From NCBI GenBank assembly GCA_963766735.1, contig CAVYBU010000019.1, positions 32,001 through 96,000 of the forward strand: DNA of 64,000 nucleotides, read 5' to 3'. This DNA is from an uncultured Chloroflexia bacterium (GTDB lineage: Bacteria; Chloroflexota; Limnocylindria; Limnocylindrales; CSP1-4). A program made the translations under genes and the position numbers. Below the pieces are notes generated by a model. The model made no database searches and was not told the DNA's origin. It saw only the letters and a program-made list of their open reading frames with translations. Below are positions 53,151 to 63,631 of the stretch, in pieces. Each line of letters begins with the position of its first letter. Position 1 is the stretch's first letter.

Positions 53151-53933
53151 GTGAAGATCGTCATCCTCGCGAAACCCGTCCCGGACGCGACCGGGCAGGA
53201 GCGGCTCGGGCCCGACCTGCGACTCGACCGGGCGGCAATCCCGCCGGTCATCAACGGCAACGACGAATACGTCCTTGAGGCCGCCCTGCGGCTGCGCGAC
53301 GCGGGCGCCGACATCACGGTGACCCTCCTGGCCATGGCCGGGGCGGTTGGGCCCGACGCGCTGCGGAAGGGCCTTGCGATGGGCGCGGACGACGCGTTCC
53401 TGGTCACCGATCCCGCGCTCGCGGGCGCGTGTGCCTTCAACACGACGCGGGTCCTGGCAGCCGCCCTGCGGCGCCTGGAGTTCGACCTCGTGCTGGCGGG
53501 CATCGACAGCTCTGACGGTGGTGGGGGCATCGTGCCGGCCGGTGTTGCGGCGCTCCTGGGCCTGCCGTACCTCTCGTACGCGTCGGCGATCGTGCCGGAG
53601 GGCGACCGGGTCCGCGTGCAGCGGATCACGCCGACCGGGTACGACGCGCTGGAGGCCCCCCTGCCGGCGATGGTCGTCGGCACCCAGGCACTCGGCGAGC
53701 CGCGCTACCCGACTCTGCGCGGGATCATGGGCGCCCGGTCGAAGACCATCACGACCTGGTCGCTCGCGGACCTGGGCCTGGACGGGGCAGCCGTCGGCGG
53801 CGAGGCCGCGACCACCCTTGTGCGCTCGGTCCGGTCCCCCGAGTCCCGCGGCTCTGTCCGCGTGATCCGTGAACCGGCGGCCGTGGCCGCCGCCCAGATC
53901 GTCGACTTCCTGGTCGAGCGGAGGGCCATCTGA
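53151..53933 (+). CDS. etfB: Electron transfer flavoprotein beta subunit
   Basis: KPVPD, DEYVLEAAL, LAMGAD, EPRYPTLRGIM. Confidence 0.92.
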   Translation: MKIVILAKPVPDATGQERLGPDLRLDRAAIPPVINGNDEYVLEAALRLRDAGADITVTLLAMAGAVGPDALRKGLAMGADDAFLVTDPALAGACAFNTTRVLAAALRRLEFDLVLAGIDSSDGGGGIVPAGVAALLGLPYLSYASAIVPEGDRVRVQRITPTGYDALEAPLPAMVVGTQALGEPRYPTLRGIMGARSKTITTWSLADLGLDGAAVGGEAATTLVRSVRSPESRGSVRVIREPAAVAAAQIVDFLVERRAI

Positions 53934-54946
53934 TGCCCGGGACACTGTGGGTCATCGCGGAGACGGCGCCGGACGGAACCCTGGCCCGGATCTCCGCCGA
54001 GGTCGCCACGCTGGCACGCGGGCTCGCCGCGTCGGCCGGCCTGGACATCACCGGCATCGTGGTGGCGCCGCCGGCCTCCGCAGCCGCGGTTGCAGGCGAG
54101 CTGGCCACCTACGTCCCCCGCGTGGTCGCCGTCGAGGCGCCGGCCGCCGAAACCTCGCCCGCCGCGGTGGTGGTCGCCGGTGCGGCAGCGCGCCTCATGT
54201 CCGGCACCCAGGATGGCTGCGTGCTCATCGGCGCGTCGGCCGACGGCCGCGACACGGCCGGCTTCCTGTCGGTGATGCTGGACGTGGGCGTCCTCACCAA
54301 TGCTGCGGCCATCGATTGGGACGGCGGTCCCGTCGTCGAGAAGGGCGTCTTCGGCGGCCGGCTGATCACAACCAGCGCGTTCAGCGGCGGGCTCGGGATC
54401 GTGACCGTCGCGCTCGGTTCCGTCACGGCCGAGGCGGCTCCGTCGGCGGGCACCGTCGAGAACGCCGTGGCCGGGAGTGGCACCGCGCCCGCGGGCGCCG
54501 GCGGAGTGCTGCCCGAGGCTCCTCCGGTGACCGTTCTCGAGCGCGTCGTCGAGGCGGCGGGTGCCGTCCAGATCGAGGAGGCCAAGGTCATCGTGGCCGG
54601 TGGCCGCGGCCTCGGCAGCCCCGAGGGGTTCCGCGTGGCCGAGGAGCTCGCGGACGAGCTCGGCGGTGCCGTCGCCGCCAGCCGGGCCGCCGTCGATGCC
54701 GGCTGGATCCCCTATTCGCGCCAGGTTGGCCAGACGGGCAAGATCGTCAAGCCCGACGTCTACTTCGCGCTCGGGATCTCGGGTGCCGTGCAGCACAAGG
54801 TCGGCATGCAGGGCGCCAGCACGATCGTCGCCATCAACACCGATTCCGACGCACCGATCGCCGAGTTCGCCGACCTGTTCGTGATCGGCGACCTGTTCGA
54901 GGTGGTCCCCGCCCTTGTCGCCACGCTCCGGGCACGCCGGACCTAG
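53933..54946 (+). CDS. etfA: Electron transfer flavoprotein alpha subunit
   Basis: VAGGRG, ASRAAVDAGW, QVGQTGKIV, GISGAVQH, AINTD. Confidence 0.94.
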   Translation: MPGTLWVIAETAPDGTLARISAEVATLARGLAASAGLDITGIVVAPPASAAAVAGELATYVPRVVAVEAPAAETSPAAVVVAGAAARLMSGTQDGCVLIGASADGRDTAGFLSVMLDVGVLTNAAAIDWDGGPVVEKGVFGGRLITTSAFSGGLGIVTVALGSVTAEAAPSAGTVENAVAGSGTAPAGAGGVLPEAPPVTVLERVVEAAGAVQIEEAKVIVAGGRGLGSPEGFRVAEELADELGGAVAASRAAVDAGWIPYSRQVGQTGKIVKPDVYFALGISGAVQHKVGMQGASTIVAINTDSDAPIAEFADLFVIGDLFEVVPALVATLRARRT

Positions 54947-54958
54947 GAGGAGCAGGAC

Positions 54959-56461
54959 ATGGCCACGCGCAGCTCGCCGCCGGTGTGGCCCGGCCTCGTC
55001 GGGGGCCGGTACCAGCCGTTGACGCGATCGGAGATGGACCGGATCCACAGCACCGTGCTCGACGTGATGGAGCAGATCGGCTTCGCCGATGCCATCCCGT
55101 CCATGATCGAGCTGGTGACCGCCGCCGGTGGATGGGTGGATGACGATGGGCGGTTGCACTACCCCCGGTCGCTTGTCGAGGACGTCATCGCCCGTGCTCC
55201 GCGCAGCTTCGTCCTGCCTGGGCAGGACGAAGCCCACGACATGGAGGTCGGCGGCGGGCGTGTCCACACCGGCACGGCCGGCGCCGCACCGCTGATCCTG
55301 GACTTCGAGACCGGGCGCCACCGGCCCACGACGACAGTCGATCTGTACGACATCGCCCGTCTCGTGGACACACTCGAGCACATCCACTTCTACTGGCGGT
55401 CCATCGTCGCCCGCGACATGCCGACATGGGATGACGTCGACCTGAACACCGTGTATGCCTGCATGCAGGGCACCACGAAGCACATCACCAGCAGCTTCAA
55501 CAACGGCGCAAGCGTTCGCAACGCCGTCGCCATGATGGACATGCGCCTCGGGGGAGATGGCGAGTTCCGGAAGCGGCCGTTCTGCTCCATGGCGTGCACC
55601 CACGTGGTGCCGCCGCTGCGGTTCGCCAAGGGTTCGTGCGAGGCCATGGAGGCGGCCGTGCGGGCCGGCATGGCGGTGGGCATCGTGTCCTCCCCGCAGG
55701 TGGGGGCGACCAGCCCGGTCACGCTGGCCGGCACCATCGTGCAGACCATGGCGGAGTGTCTTGCCGGTCTCATCTTCTGCTTCCTGATCGACCCGGACTG
55801 CCGCGCCCACCTCGGCACCTGGCCATTCCTGTCCGACCTGCGGACCGGCGCCATGTCCGGTGGCAGCGCCGAGAACGGGCTGATCGTGGCCGGCTGCGCC
55901 CAGATGGCGGGGTTCTACGACCTGCCCGGCAGCGTCGCCGCCGGCATGACCGACTCCAAGGTGCCCGACGCGCAATCGGGATCCGAGAAGGCCTACACCC
56001 TGACCCTTGCCGCGCAGGCCGGCTCCACCCTGATCACCGAGGCGGCCGGGATGCAGGCCAGCCTGATGAGCACGGCCTTCGAGGCGTACGTCATCGACGA
56101 CGACATGCTGGCCGCGGTCCAGCGCGCGGTCCGCGGCATCGAGGTGACGGACGAGACCCTCGCCTTCGACATGATTCGGGACACCGTTCATGGCGATGGC
56201 CAGTTCCTGAGCCATCCGCAGACCCGAGCCCGGATGCGCAGCGACTTCGTGTACCCGGCGGTCGGGGACCGCAATTCGACCAGCTCTTGGGAGGACGGTG
56301 GAGCCAGGGACGTCCGAGAACGGGCACGAGATCGCGTGCGGCAGACGCTGGGCACGCACTACCCCGAACACATCAGTCGCGACCTCGACGACCGGATCCG
56401 CGGTTCGTTCGAAATCCTGCTACCCCGCGAGGCCATGCGTCCCGGCAACGGTCGCTGGTAG
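54959..56461 (+). CDS. Second non-pyrrolysine MttB-superfamily methyltransferase
   Basis: GATSPVTLAG, DLRTGAMSGGSAE, GMTDSKVPDAQSGSEK, FLSHPQT. No in-frame TAG. Confidence 0.9.
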   Translation: MATRSSPPVWPGLVGGRYQPLTRSEMDRIHSTVLDVMEQIGFADAIPSMIELVTAAGGWVDDDGRLHYPRSLVEDVIARAPRSFVLPGQDEAHDMEVGGGRVHTGTAGAAPLILDFETGRHRPTTTVDLYDIARLVDTLEHIHFYWRSIVARDMPTWDDVDLNTVYACMQGTTKHITSSFNNGASVRNAVAMMDMRLGGDGEFRKRPFCSMACTHVVPPLRFAKGSCEAMEAAVRAGMAVGIVSSPQVGATSPVTLAGTIVQTMAECLAGLIFCFLIDPDCRAHLGTWPFLSDLRTGAMSGGSAENGLIVAGCAQMAGFYDLPGSVAAGMTDSKVPDAQSGSEKAYTLTLAAQAGSTLITEAAGMQASLMSTAFEAYVIDDDMLAAVQRAVRGIEVTDETLAFDMIRDTVHGDGQFLSHPQTRARMRSDFVYPAVGDRNSTSSWEDGGARDVRERARDRVRQTLGTHYPEHISRDLDDRIRGSFEILLPREAMRPGNGRW

Positions 56462-56485
56462 CTGAAGGACTGGGAGGAGACACCG

Positions 56486-58906
56486 ATGCAGTCAACAGCA
56501 CGGGTCGTCATCATCGGCGGCGGCGTCATGGGGATCGGGCTGCTCCACAGCCTGGCCCTCGAGGGGTGGACCGACACCATCCTGATCGAGAAGGGTGAGC
56601 TGACGTCGGGCTCGACCTGGCACGCCGCGGGCCAGTGCCCCAGCTTCATCGCCGACTACAACCTGGCCAAGGTCCATGCGTACAGCAACGACCTGTACGC
56701 GCGGCTGGAGGCGGAGACCGGCGTGGCCACGGGCTGGCACGCGACCGGGGGCATCCGGTTCGCGACCAACCAGCTCGAGCTCGACCACTTCAAGCGGGTC
56801 GAGGGCGTGGCCGCCAACATCGGGTTCCGGATGCAGGTCATCAGCCCCGAGGAGATCCGCCGGATCAACCCGTTCGTGACGACCGAGGGCGTCCTGGCCG
56901 GAGCCTGGACGCTGGACGACGGCTACGTGGACCCGTCCAGCTCGTGCAACGCGATGGCAACCGCCGCCAAGCGGCTGGGCGGCACGATCGTGCGCCACAA
57001 CCGGGTGCTCGGGATCGAGCAGCTGCCGAGCGGCGACTTCCGGGTCTCCACCGAGCAGGGCGACATCACCTGCGAGCACGTGGTCAACGCCGCGGGCTGC
57101 TACGCGGACCGGGTGAGCGCGTGGCTCGGCGTCCAGACCCGGTTCGCCAACATGAAGCACCAGTACGTCGTCACGGGGCCCGTCAAGGAGTTCGAGGAGA
57201 GCGACGTCGAGATGCCCGTGATGCGGGATCCGTATTGCTCCTCGTACTACCGTCAGGAACAGACGTCGGGCCTGATCGGCATCTACGAGAACAGCGACAC
57301 CGAGGAGGCCTGGAAGGAGCAGGGCGGCCCCGCGTGGGATTCCGAGAACGAGCTGTTCCCGGCCCAGCTCGACCGCCTGATGCCATTCCTCGAGCGGGTC
57401 ATGGATCGGATGCCGATCTTCGCGGAGGCGGGCATCAAGAAGGTGGTGAACGGCGCCATCTCGCACACGCCGGACAGCAACCCGCTCGTGGGACCCGCCC
57501 CCGGCGTCCGCAACTTCTGGCTGGCGACCGGCACCGGCATCGGGATCGCCCAGGGCCCCGGCTGCGGCAAGTACCTCGCGCAGATGATGGTTCACGGTGA
57601 TGCCGAGATCAACATGCTGGGCATGGATCCGCGCCGCTACGGCGCCTTCGCCGACCAGGCGTACGTGTCCGCCAAGGCCCACCGCGAGTACCGGGACATG
57701 TACCGGCTGATCCCGCCCGGCGAGGAGCGCCCCGAGGGCCGGCCTGCCAAGGCCACGCCGCTGTACGACACGCTCCTCGCCAAGGGCTGCGTGTTCACCG
57801 AGGCCTTCGGCTGGGAGCGGCCCAAGTGGTTCTCCGCCGACGGGGCCGAGGAGGACGGGACGTTCCGCCGCACCAACGCCCATCCGGTGGTGGCCGCCGA
57901 GTGCCATGCCGTGCGTGAGCGTGTCGGAATCATGGAGCTCCCCGGCTTCACGAGGCTCGAGGTCTCCGGAGCGGACGCCGAGGCGTTCCTGAACCGCGTC
58001 TGCGCCAACCGGATGCCGAAGCGGGACGGCGGGATCGTCCTCGCCCATGCCCTCTCCGATCAGGGCCGGTTCATCACCGAGCTCACGATCACGCGTCTGG
58101 CCGCGGACCGCTTCATGCTCCTCTCGGGCGCGGCGGCCTATCACCGCGACGAGGATCTGCTCCGCAGGGCGATCCGCGAGGGCGAGGCCGTCTCGATCGA
58201 CAACGTCACGGCCGACTGGACGACGCTGATCGTGGCCGGGCCGCGAACCCGCGACGTGCTGGCCGGGCTCACACCGGCGGACCTGTCGTCCGCGGCCTTC
58301 CCGTGGCTGACCGCGCAGGAGATCACGGTCGCCGGGAGGGGGGTGCGTGCGCTGCGCGTCAACTACGTCGGCGAGCTGGGCTGGGAGCTCCACTGCCGCA
58401 TGGCGGACGTGGTTGCCGTCTACGAGGCCGTCTGGAAGGCCGGCGAGCCGTTCGGGATCGCCGACTTCGGCCTGTATGCGATGAACAGCCTGCGGCTGGA
58501 GAAGTCCTACGCGGGTCTGGGTTCCGAGCTCACCAACGAGATCACGCCGGTCGAGGCCAACATGCTGCGCTTCGTCAAGCTGGACCACGAGTTCCGCGGA
58601 AAGGCAGCCGTCGAGAAGGTGCTCGCCAAGGGCGCCACCACCCACCTCGTGACCGTCAAGGTGGACGCGGTGGACTTCGACATCGCGGGCGGCGAGCCGG
58701 TGTTCGCCGGCGATCGCGTGGTGGGCGTGACGACGTCGGGCGGCCACGGCCACGCGACGGGGCTCTCGCTGGGCTTCGCGTACGTGGACAGCGGGTTCGA
58801 CGCTGCGGGCACCAAGCTCGAGATCATGCTCCTGGGCGACCGCCGCGCCGCCGAGGTGATCCCGTCGTCTGTGTACGACCCGTCCAACGCGCGGTTGCGA
58901 GCCTGA
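56486..58906 (+). CDS. GcvT-family FAD/THF dehydrogenase (dimethylglycine dehydrogenase-like)
   Basis: GGGVMG, SGSTWHAAG, GWERPKWF, YVGELGWELH, SLRLEK, YDPSNARLRA. Confidence 0.9.
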   Translation: MQSTARVVIIGGGVMGIGLLHSLALEGWTDTILIEKGELTSGSTWHAAGQCPSFIADYNLAKVHAYSNDLYARLEAETGVATGWHATGGIRFATNQLELDHFKRVEGVAANIGFRMQVISPEEIRRINPFVTTEGVLAGAWTLDDGYVDPSSSCNAMATAAKRLGGTIVRHNRVLGIEQLPSGDFRVSTEQGDITCEHVVNAAGCYADRVSAWLGVQTRFANMKHQYVVTGPVKEFEESDVEMPVMRDPYCSSYYRQEQTSGLIGIYENSDTEEAWKEQGGPAWDSENELFPAQLDRLMPFLERVMDRMPIFAEAGIKKVVNGAISHTPDSNPLVGPAPGVRNFWLATGTGIGIAQGPGCGKYLAQMMVHGDAEINMLGMDPRRYGAFADQAYVSAKAHREYRDMYRLIPPGEERPEGRPAKATPLYDTLLAKGCVFTEAFGWERPKWFSADGAEEDGTFRRTNAHPVVAAECHAVRERVGIMELPGFTRLEVSGADAEAFLNRVCANRMPKRDGGIVLAHALSDQGRFITELTITRLAADRFMLLSGAAAYHRDEDLLRRAIREGEAVSIDNVTADWTTLIVAGPRTRDVLAGLTPADLSSAAFPWLTAQEITVAGRGVRALRVNYVGELGWELHCRMADVVAVYEAVWKAGEPFGIADFGLYAMNSLRLEKSYAGLGSELTNEITPVEANMLRFVKLDHEFRGKAAVEKVLAKGATTHLVTVKVDAVDFDIAGGEPVFAGDRVVGVTTSGGHGHATGLSLGFAYVDSGFDAAGTKLEIMLLGDRRAAEVIPSSVYDPSNARLRA

Positions 58907-58970
58907 CAACCGCCGCAGTCTCGACGACGGCGCTCGCTCCAGGGGGCGCCGTTCGCTCGGCGAGCCGCCG

Positions 58971-59705
58971 CTACTCGCCGAAGGGTCGCCGCTCCACGGC
59001 CGCCATCGCGAAACTGATCAGGGTCGTGATGTCGAACACTGGCAGGCCAGTCGCCTGCTGGACCGCGTGGGCGTACGGCGGGAGGTCCGTGCACTCGAAC
59101 AGGATCGCCCCGATGTCGCCCTCCGTCCGGACGATGTCCATCGCCGCGGCAACAACCTCAGCCTCGATGGCGTCGAAGTCCAGCGTGCCGACCTGGTCGT
59201 GGATCGCCGCCTTGAAGGCGGGGCCGTGCTCGAGGCCGCGGACCGCGATGTCAACCGGGATGCCACGGGTGGCGATCTCCAGGTGGCGCGGCGTCAGCGA
59301 CTGCCCCGAGGCCGTGAGCACCCCTATCCGCTGCCCCGGCCGGAGCGCGGCCGCGATCCACGGAAGCTGTAGCAGGCTCGACATGAAGACCGGTACCGGC
59401 AGCTCGGCCGCCAACTGGTCCTGGAAGAAGATCATGAAGCCGCAGTTGCCCGTCACCGCCCGCACGCCCTGCCGGACGAGCTGGCGCCCGGCCTCGAGGA
59501 ACCGCGCCGCCAGCTCGGGCTTCGGGTTGTAGATGAGGTTCTCCATGTCGGCGCCGCGGACCACCGAGTACAGCACCGGGTGGTCGAACGTCCGGGCATT
59601 GCCGGGGGTGCCGGGCGGGTACGGGATGTAGTCGTCCATGACGATCACGCCGAGCGGGAACCCGCTGACGTCCTGCCCCCGCCCGACGGTGTAGATCCTG
59701 CTCAT
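58971..59705 (-). CDS. Asp/Glu/hydantoin racemase-family protein
   Basis: PGTPGNARTF, TGNCGF, SSLLQ, FECTDLPPY (two-Cys pattern). Confidence 0.82.
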   Translation of the reverse strand: MSRIYTVGRGQDVSGFPLGVIVMDDYIPYPPGTPGNARTFDHPVLYSVVRGADMENLIYNPKPELAARFLEAGRQLVRQGVRAVTGNCGFMIFFQDQLAAELPVPVFMSSLLQLPWIAAALRPGQRIGVLTASGQSLTPRHLEIATRGIPVDIAVRGLEHGPAFKAAIHDQVGTLDFDAIEAEVVAAAMDIVRTEGDIGAILFECTDLPPYAHAVQQATGLPVFDITTLISFAMAAVERRPFGE

Positions 59706-59714
59706 GGCGCGACC

Positions 59715-61172
59715 TCAGGGGTTCGTGAGCCGGCGGATGCCGACGTTCTTGGACTGGGTGTAGCTCTCGAGCGACTCCAGGCCCTTCTCCCGACCGAGGC
59801 CGGACCGCTTGAAGCCGCCGAACGGCGTCTCGACGCCGCCCACGCCCCACTCGTTGACGTGGACCTGGCCCGCGTCGAGGCGCTCGGCGCACCACAGGGC
59901 CCGGTCGAGGTCCGCCGTGAACACGCCAGCCGCTAGGCCGTAGTCCGTGCCGTTGGCGATCTCCACCGCCTCGGCGGCCGTGGAGAACCGCAGGATCGTG
60001 AGCACCGGGCCGAAGACCTCGGACTGGTTGAGCTCCATCTCGGGCGACACGTCGGCGGCGACGGTCGGCGCCATGTAGTTGCCAGGCAGCTCGGCGCAGC
60101 GTGCGCCACCGGTGGTGATCCGTGCGCCGTACGCCTTCGCACGGAGGGCGAAACCCTCGACCGTGTCCAGGTGCTCGGCCGAGATGAGCGGCGTGATCTG
60201 GGCGTCGTCGATGCCGGGGCCAACCGTGAACTCCGCCACGAGGGTCGTGGCGCGCTCCACGACCTCGTCATAGGCCGCGTCCTCCACGATCAGGCGCGTC
60301 ATCGAGTCGCAGACCTGGCCGGAGTTCTCGAACAGACCGCCGACGATGCTGGCCTCCAGGTTCTCCATGTCCGCGTCCGCGAAGACGATGCCTGCCGACT
60401 TGCCGCCCAGCTCCAGGATCACGGGCACGGCCCGCTCCGCTGCGGCGTGCATGATCGAGCGGCCGACCTCCGTCGAGCCCGTGAACACGATGTGGTCGAT
60501 GTCCCGGTGGGAGACCAGGGCGGCGCCCGCCTCGGAGCCGGCGCCGGACACGATGTTGAGGACGCCCTCGGGTAGGCCTGCCTCCAGCGCGGCGGCCGCG
60601 AAGATGAACGCCGACAGCGGGTCCAGCGACGGCGTCTTGACCACCGCGGCGTTGCCGGCGGCAAGCGCCGGCGAGAGCGATCGCGCCACCATGCCCGCCG
60701 GGTAGTTCCACGGGATGACGTGAGCGGTCACACCGTGAGGCACGGGCACCACGAAGTCCATGTACCCGTCTCCGAGCGGGATGTACCTGCCTTCCAGCGC
60801 CGCAGCCAGGCCGCCGTAGTACTCGAGGTACCGGGCCGAGCCTTCGATCTCGGCCAGGCCCTCAGAGATCCGCTTGCCACAGTCGAGGGTGAGCTGGCGG
60901 GCGTAGTGCTCCTTGCGCGATCGCAGGATGCGGCTCATCTCGTTCAGGACGCGTCCTCGCGCGAGCGGCCGCATGCCGGACCACGTTCGAGCCCGGACAG
61001 CGGCACGAGCCGCGGCGACGGCGCGGTCAACATCGGCGGCCGACGCGCGCGCCACCTCCGCGATGGGCGTCCTGGTGGCCGGGTCGCTGGTCACCATGCG
61101 CCGGCCATCGGCGGCATCCACCCAGGCGCCGCCGATGAAGTTCCTGGTGTACGGAAGGTCGGTCGTGGTCAT
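59715..61172 (-). CDS. NAD(P)-dependent aldehyde dehydrogenase
   Basis: PWNYP, FTGSTEVG, LELGGK, NSGQVC, EVFGP, PFGGFKRSG. Confidence 0.93.
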   Translation of the reverse strand: MTTTDLPYTRNFIGGAWVDAADGRRMVTSDPATRTPIAEVARASAADVDRAVAAARAAVRARTWSGMRPLARGRVLNEMSRILRSRKEHYARQLTLDCGKRISEGLAEIEGSARYLEYYGGLAAALEGRYIPLGDGYMDFVVPVPHGVTAHVIPWNYPAGMVARSLSPALAAGNAAVVKTPSLDPLSAFIFAAAALEAGLPEGVLNIVSGAGSEAGAALVSHRDIDHIVFTGSTEVGRSIMHAAAERAVPVILELGGKSAGIVFADADMENLEASIVGGLFENSGQVCDSMTRLIVEDAAYDEVVERATTLVAEFTVGPGIDDAQITPLISAEHLDTVEGFALRAKAYGARITTGGARCAELPGNYMAPTVAADVSPEMELNQSEVFGPVLTILRFSTAAEAVEIANGTDYGLAAGVFTADLDRALWCAERLDAGQVHVNEWGVGGVETPFGGFKRSGLGREKGLESLESYTQSKNVGIRRLTNP

Positions 61173-61194
61173 GGCGGGTCCTCCGGTCGTCAGG

Positions 61195-63630
61195 TTATTG
61201 ATTGGACGGGGTGGCGTAGGGGTTCGGCAGCCAGCGCTCGACGACGGCGGGCAAGCGGTCGCCGAGGGCGGTGAGGGTCACGGCGTCGCCGGGCTCGATG
61301 TCGAGGTCGAGGTAGCCCAGCACGACACCGAACCCGGATGAGGTGTCCGTGCCTGCCGAGGTGGCGACGCCGATGATACGGCCGGCAGCATCCCGGATCG
61401 GCTGGTTGGCGGCGAGAGGGAACGGCGGGGCGGCATCCAGGAGGACCGACGCGAGCCGGCGGCGGGTCGGGCTGGCCGGGTCGCCTGCCTTGCGGAGGCC
61501 TGCCGGCCACGGCTCGTCACCCCGGCGCTCGCAGCCGTCGGCGACGAGCAGGGTGTCGCTGTCGAGCTCCCGTCCCCACGCTGGCGTTCGGAGCTCGAGG
61601 CGCATCGCCTCAAGGGATCGCGCGCCGATCAGCGTCAGGCCGTCAGCGGCGGCAGCCACCTCGAGGTACACGTGGCGCAGGAACTCCGACGCGGTGTGCA
61701 GCTCCCACGCCGGCTGCCCGAAGGCGTCGGTGCGGACGGCAAGCACCGGCGCGTAGTTCACGAGGACGTGGTGCGCCGCGCCGACCGGGAACCGCCGCTC
61801 ATCGAACTCGACCGGTTCCAGGTCGCGGATGTCGGACCGCGACAGGCCCCGCAGGATCGCCGGCGCCGAGGGCCCGGACAGGAGCAGGCAGCCCTCGTGT
61901 CCCGTGAGGTCCTCCAGGCGCACGTCGGAGCGACCGCCCGTGGCGCGCTCGATCAGGTCGCGACAGAGGCGCTCCGAGCCGGCCGCGGAGCTGACGATGA
62001 ACCGGTCGTCCGCATCGGCCTGGATGCCGACCACGAGGCCGACGGTCTCGCGCCCGGTCGGGACCCACGCGCTTGCGGCGTGGCCGGCCTCGGGGACGGC
62101 CGGCCGCACCAGAAGCTCAAGGACTGGCCGCGCGCCGGGGCCTGTCACCTCGATACGGGCGCCGTGGGACAGGTCCGCCGCGGCAAGGCTGCCGCGGATT
62201 GCGGCGCACTCCCGGGCTACCTGATCGCCCCACGACTGCTCTCGGAAGCCGTACCGCTCTGCCGCCTCGGCGCCCGCAGGGGCGAACCAGTTGGGGCGCT
62301 CCCAGCCGTGCACCTCGCCGAACACGGCGCCGCGCGCCGCCAGGAGGTCGTGGATCGGCGTCGTCTTGAGCGGGCGACCGGCGGCCAGCTCCTCGTCGGG
62401 AAGGGGCACCTGGTAGGTCCGCTCGTTGGCCTCCTCGGTCTTGCGGGCGCTCCACGTGCGGGTGGCGTGGGATCCGAACCTGCGCGGGTCGAGCGCGCCC
62501 ATATCGATCGAGGGCTCGCCCTCCGTGATCCAGGTGGCCAGCTGCCAGCCGATGCCTCCTGCCAGCGTGATGCCGTTGGGAGTCCCCTCGGCCTGCCAGA
62601 AGTTGCGACGGCCTGGCACGGGCCCGACCATCGGGAGGTCGTCGGGCGAGTACGGCATGGGTCCGTTGACGATGCTCCGGATCTCGAGATTCTCGAGCGA
62701 GGGCACGCGCTCGGCGGCCGCGACCGCGTATGGCAGGAGGGCGTCCACGTCTGGCCCGAGCAGCGCCCGGACGAAATTGCGTGGCACGCCGTTCATGAAC
62801 ACGGACTCGCCGCGCCCGCCAAAGAACCCGAGCACCACCCCGTCCACCTCGGGGCGGACGTAGAACAGCTGCTCGGGGTCGCGCATTACGGGCATCTCGG
62901 GCAGTCCGAGACGGCGGCGCTCGGCGAAGGCGGGGATGGGGCCGCTGACGAGGAACTGGTGCCGGAGCGAGACCACCTGCGACGGCAGGCCGACCATGCC
63001 GAGGACCTCCGCGCTCTGGTTGCCGCTGCACGAGACGACATGCTCGCAGTCGATGTCGCCGGCGCTCGTGTGGACGCGCCAGCCGCCGGGGTGCTCCGTG
63101 AAACCCGTCACCTCCGTGTGCTGGAGGATCGTGGCGCCCAGCTGGCGCGCGCCGGCCGCGAGCGCCATTGTGAGTTCCGTCGGGTCGGCGTGGCCGTCCT
63201 CTGGCGTGAGCAGACCGCCCAGGAGCCCGGTCGTGTCAACGAGGGGCCATACGTCCTTGACGCCGTCGGCGTCGAGGAGCTCGGCACGGATGCCCAGCGT
63301 CTCGGCCAGCCCGATGAACCGGCGGTACTCGTCGAGCCGGCCGGGGGCAGTGGCCAGGCGCAGGTTCCCCACCTGGTGGAAACCCGACGGCTGCCCCGTT
63401 CGCCGTTCGAGATCGGCCCAGAGGCGGCAGCTGTACTCGTTCAGCCGACAGTTGGCGGGGTTGAGCCCGTACGCGATGACGTGTCCCGCCGCGTGCCACG
63501 TGGACCCGGAGGTCAGCTGGTCCTTCTCGCACAGAACCGTGTCCGTCCAGCCCCGCTCGGCCAGGTGGTACAGGACGCTCGTGCCGACGACGCCGCCGCC
63601 GACCACCACGACCCGTGCGCTCGTGACCAT
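61195..63630 (-). CDS. GcvT-family FAD-dependent oxidoreductase with a divergent C-terminal folate-binding region
   Basis: GGGVVG, SGSTWHAAG, NGPMPYSPD, GWERPNWF. C-terminal half divergent (FGQPAWELH, AMRLEL). Confidence 0.85.
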   Translation of the reverse strand: MVTSARVVVVGGGVVGTSVLYHLAERGWTDTVLCEKDQLTSGSTWHAAGHVIAYGLNPANCRLNEYSCRLWADLERRTGQPSGFHQVGNLRLATAPGRLDEYRRFIGLAETLGIRAELLDADGVKDVWPLVDTTGLLGGLLTPEDGHADPTELTMALAAGARQLGATILQHTEVTGFTEHPGGWRVHTSAGDIDCEHVVSCSGNQSAEVLGMVGLPSQVVSLRHQFLVSGPIPAFAERRRLGLPEMPVMRDPEQLFYVRPEVDGVVLGFFGGRGESVFMNGVPRNFVRALLGPDVDALLPYAVAAAERVPSLENLEIRSIVNGPMPYSPDDLPMVGPVPGRRNFWQAEGTPNGITLAGGIGWQLATWITEGEPSIDMGALDPRRFGSHATRTWSARKTEEANERTYQVPLPDEELAAGRPLKTTPIHDLLAARGAVFGEVHGWERPNWFAPAGAEAAERYGFREQSWGDQVARECAAIRGSLAAADLSHGARIEVTGPGARPVLELLVRPAVPEAGHAASAWVPTGRETVGLVVGIQADADDRFIVSSAAGSERLCRDLIERATGGRSDVRLEDLTGHEGCLLLSGPSAPAILRGLSRSDIRDLEPVEFDERRFPVGAAHHVLVNYAPVLAVRTDAFGQPAWELHTASEFLRHVYLEVAAAADGLTLIGARSLEAMRLELRTPAWGRELDSDTLLVADGCERRGDEPWPAGLRKAGDPASPTRRRLASVLLDAAPPFPLAANQPIRDAAGRIIGVATSAGTDTSSGFGVVLGYLDLDIEPGDAVTLTALGDRLPAVVERWLPNPYATPSNQ

Positions 63631-63631
63631 G

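Noticed and set aside
31099-56461. Pyrrolysine recoding in the two MttB genes
   Set aside because: Both ORFs are open with no internal TAG, and no pyl genes or tRNA-Pyl are visible.
40608-63630. Glycine cleavage system
   Set aside because: The GcvT-like domains are fused to N-terminal FAD oxidoreductase domains, and no gcvP or gcvH is present.
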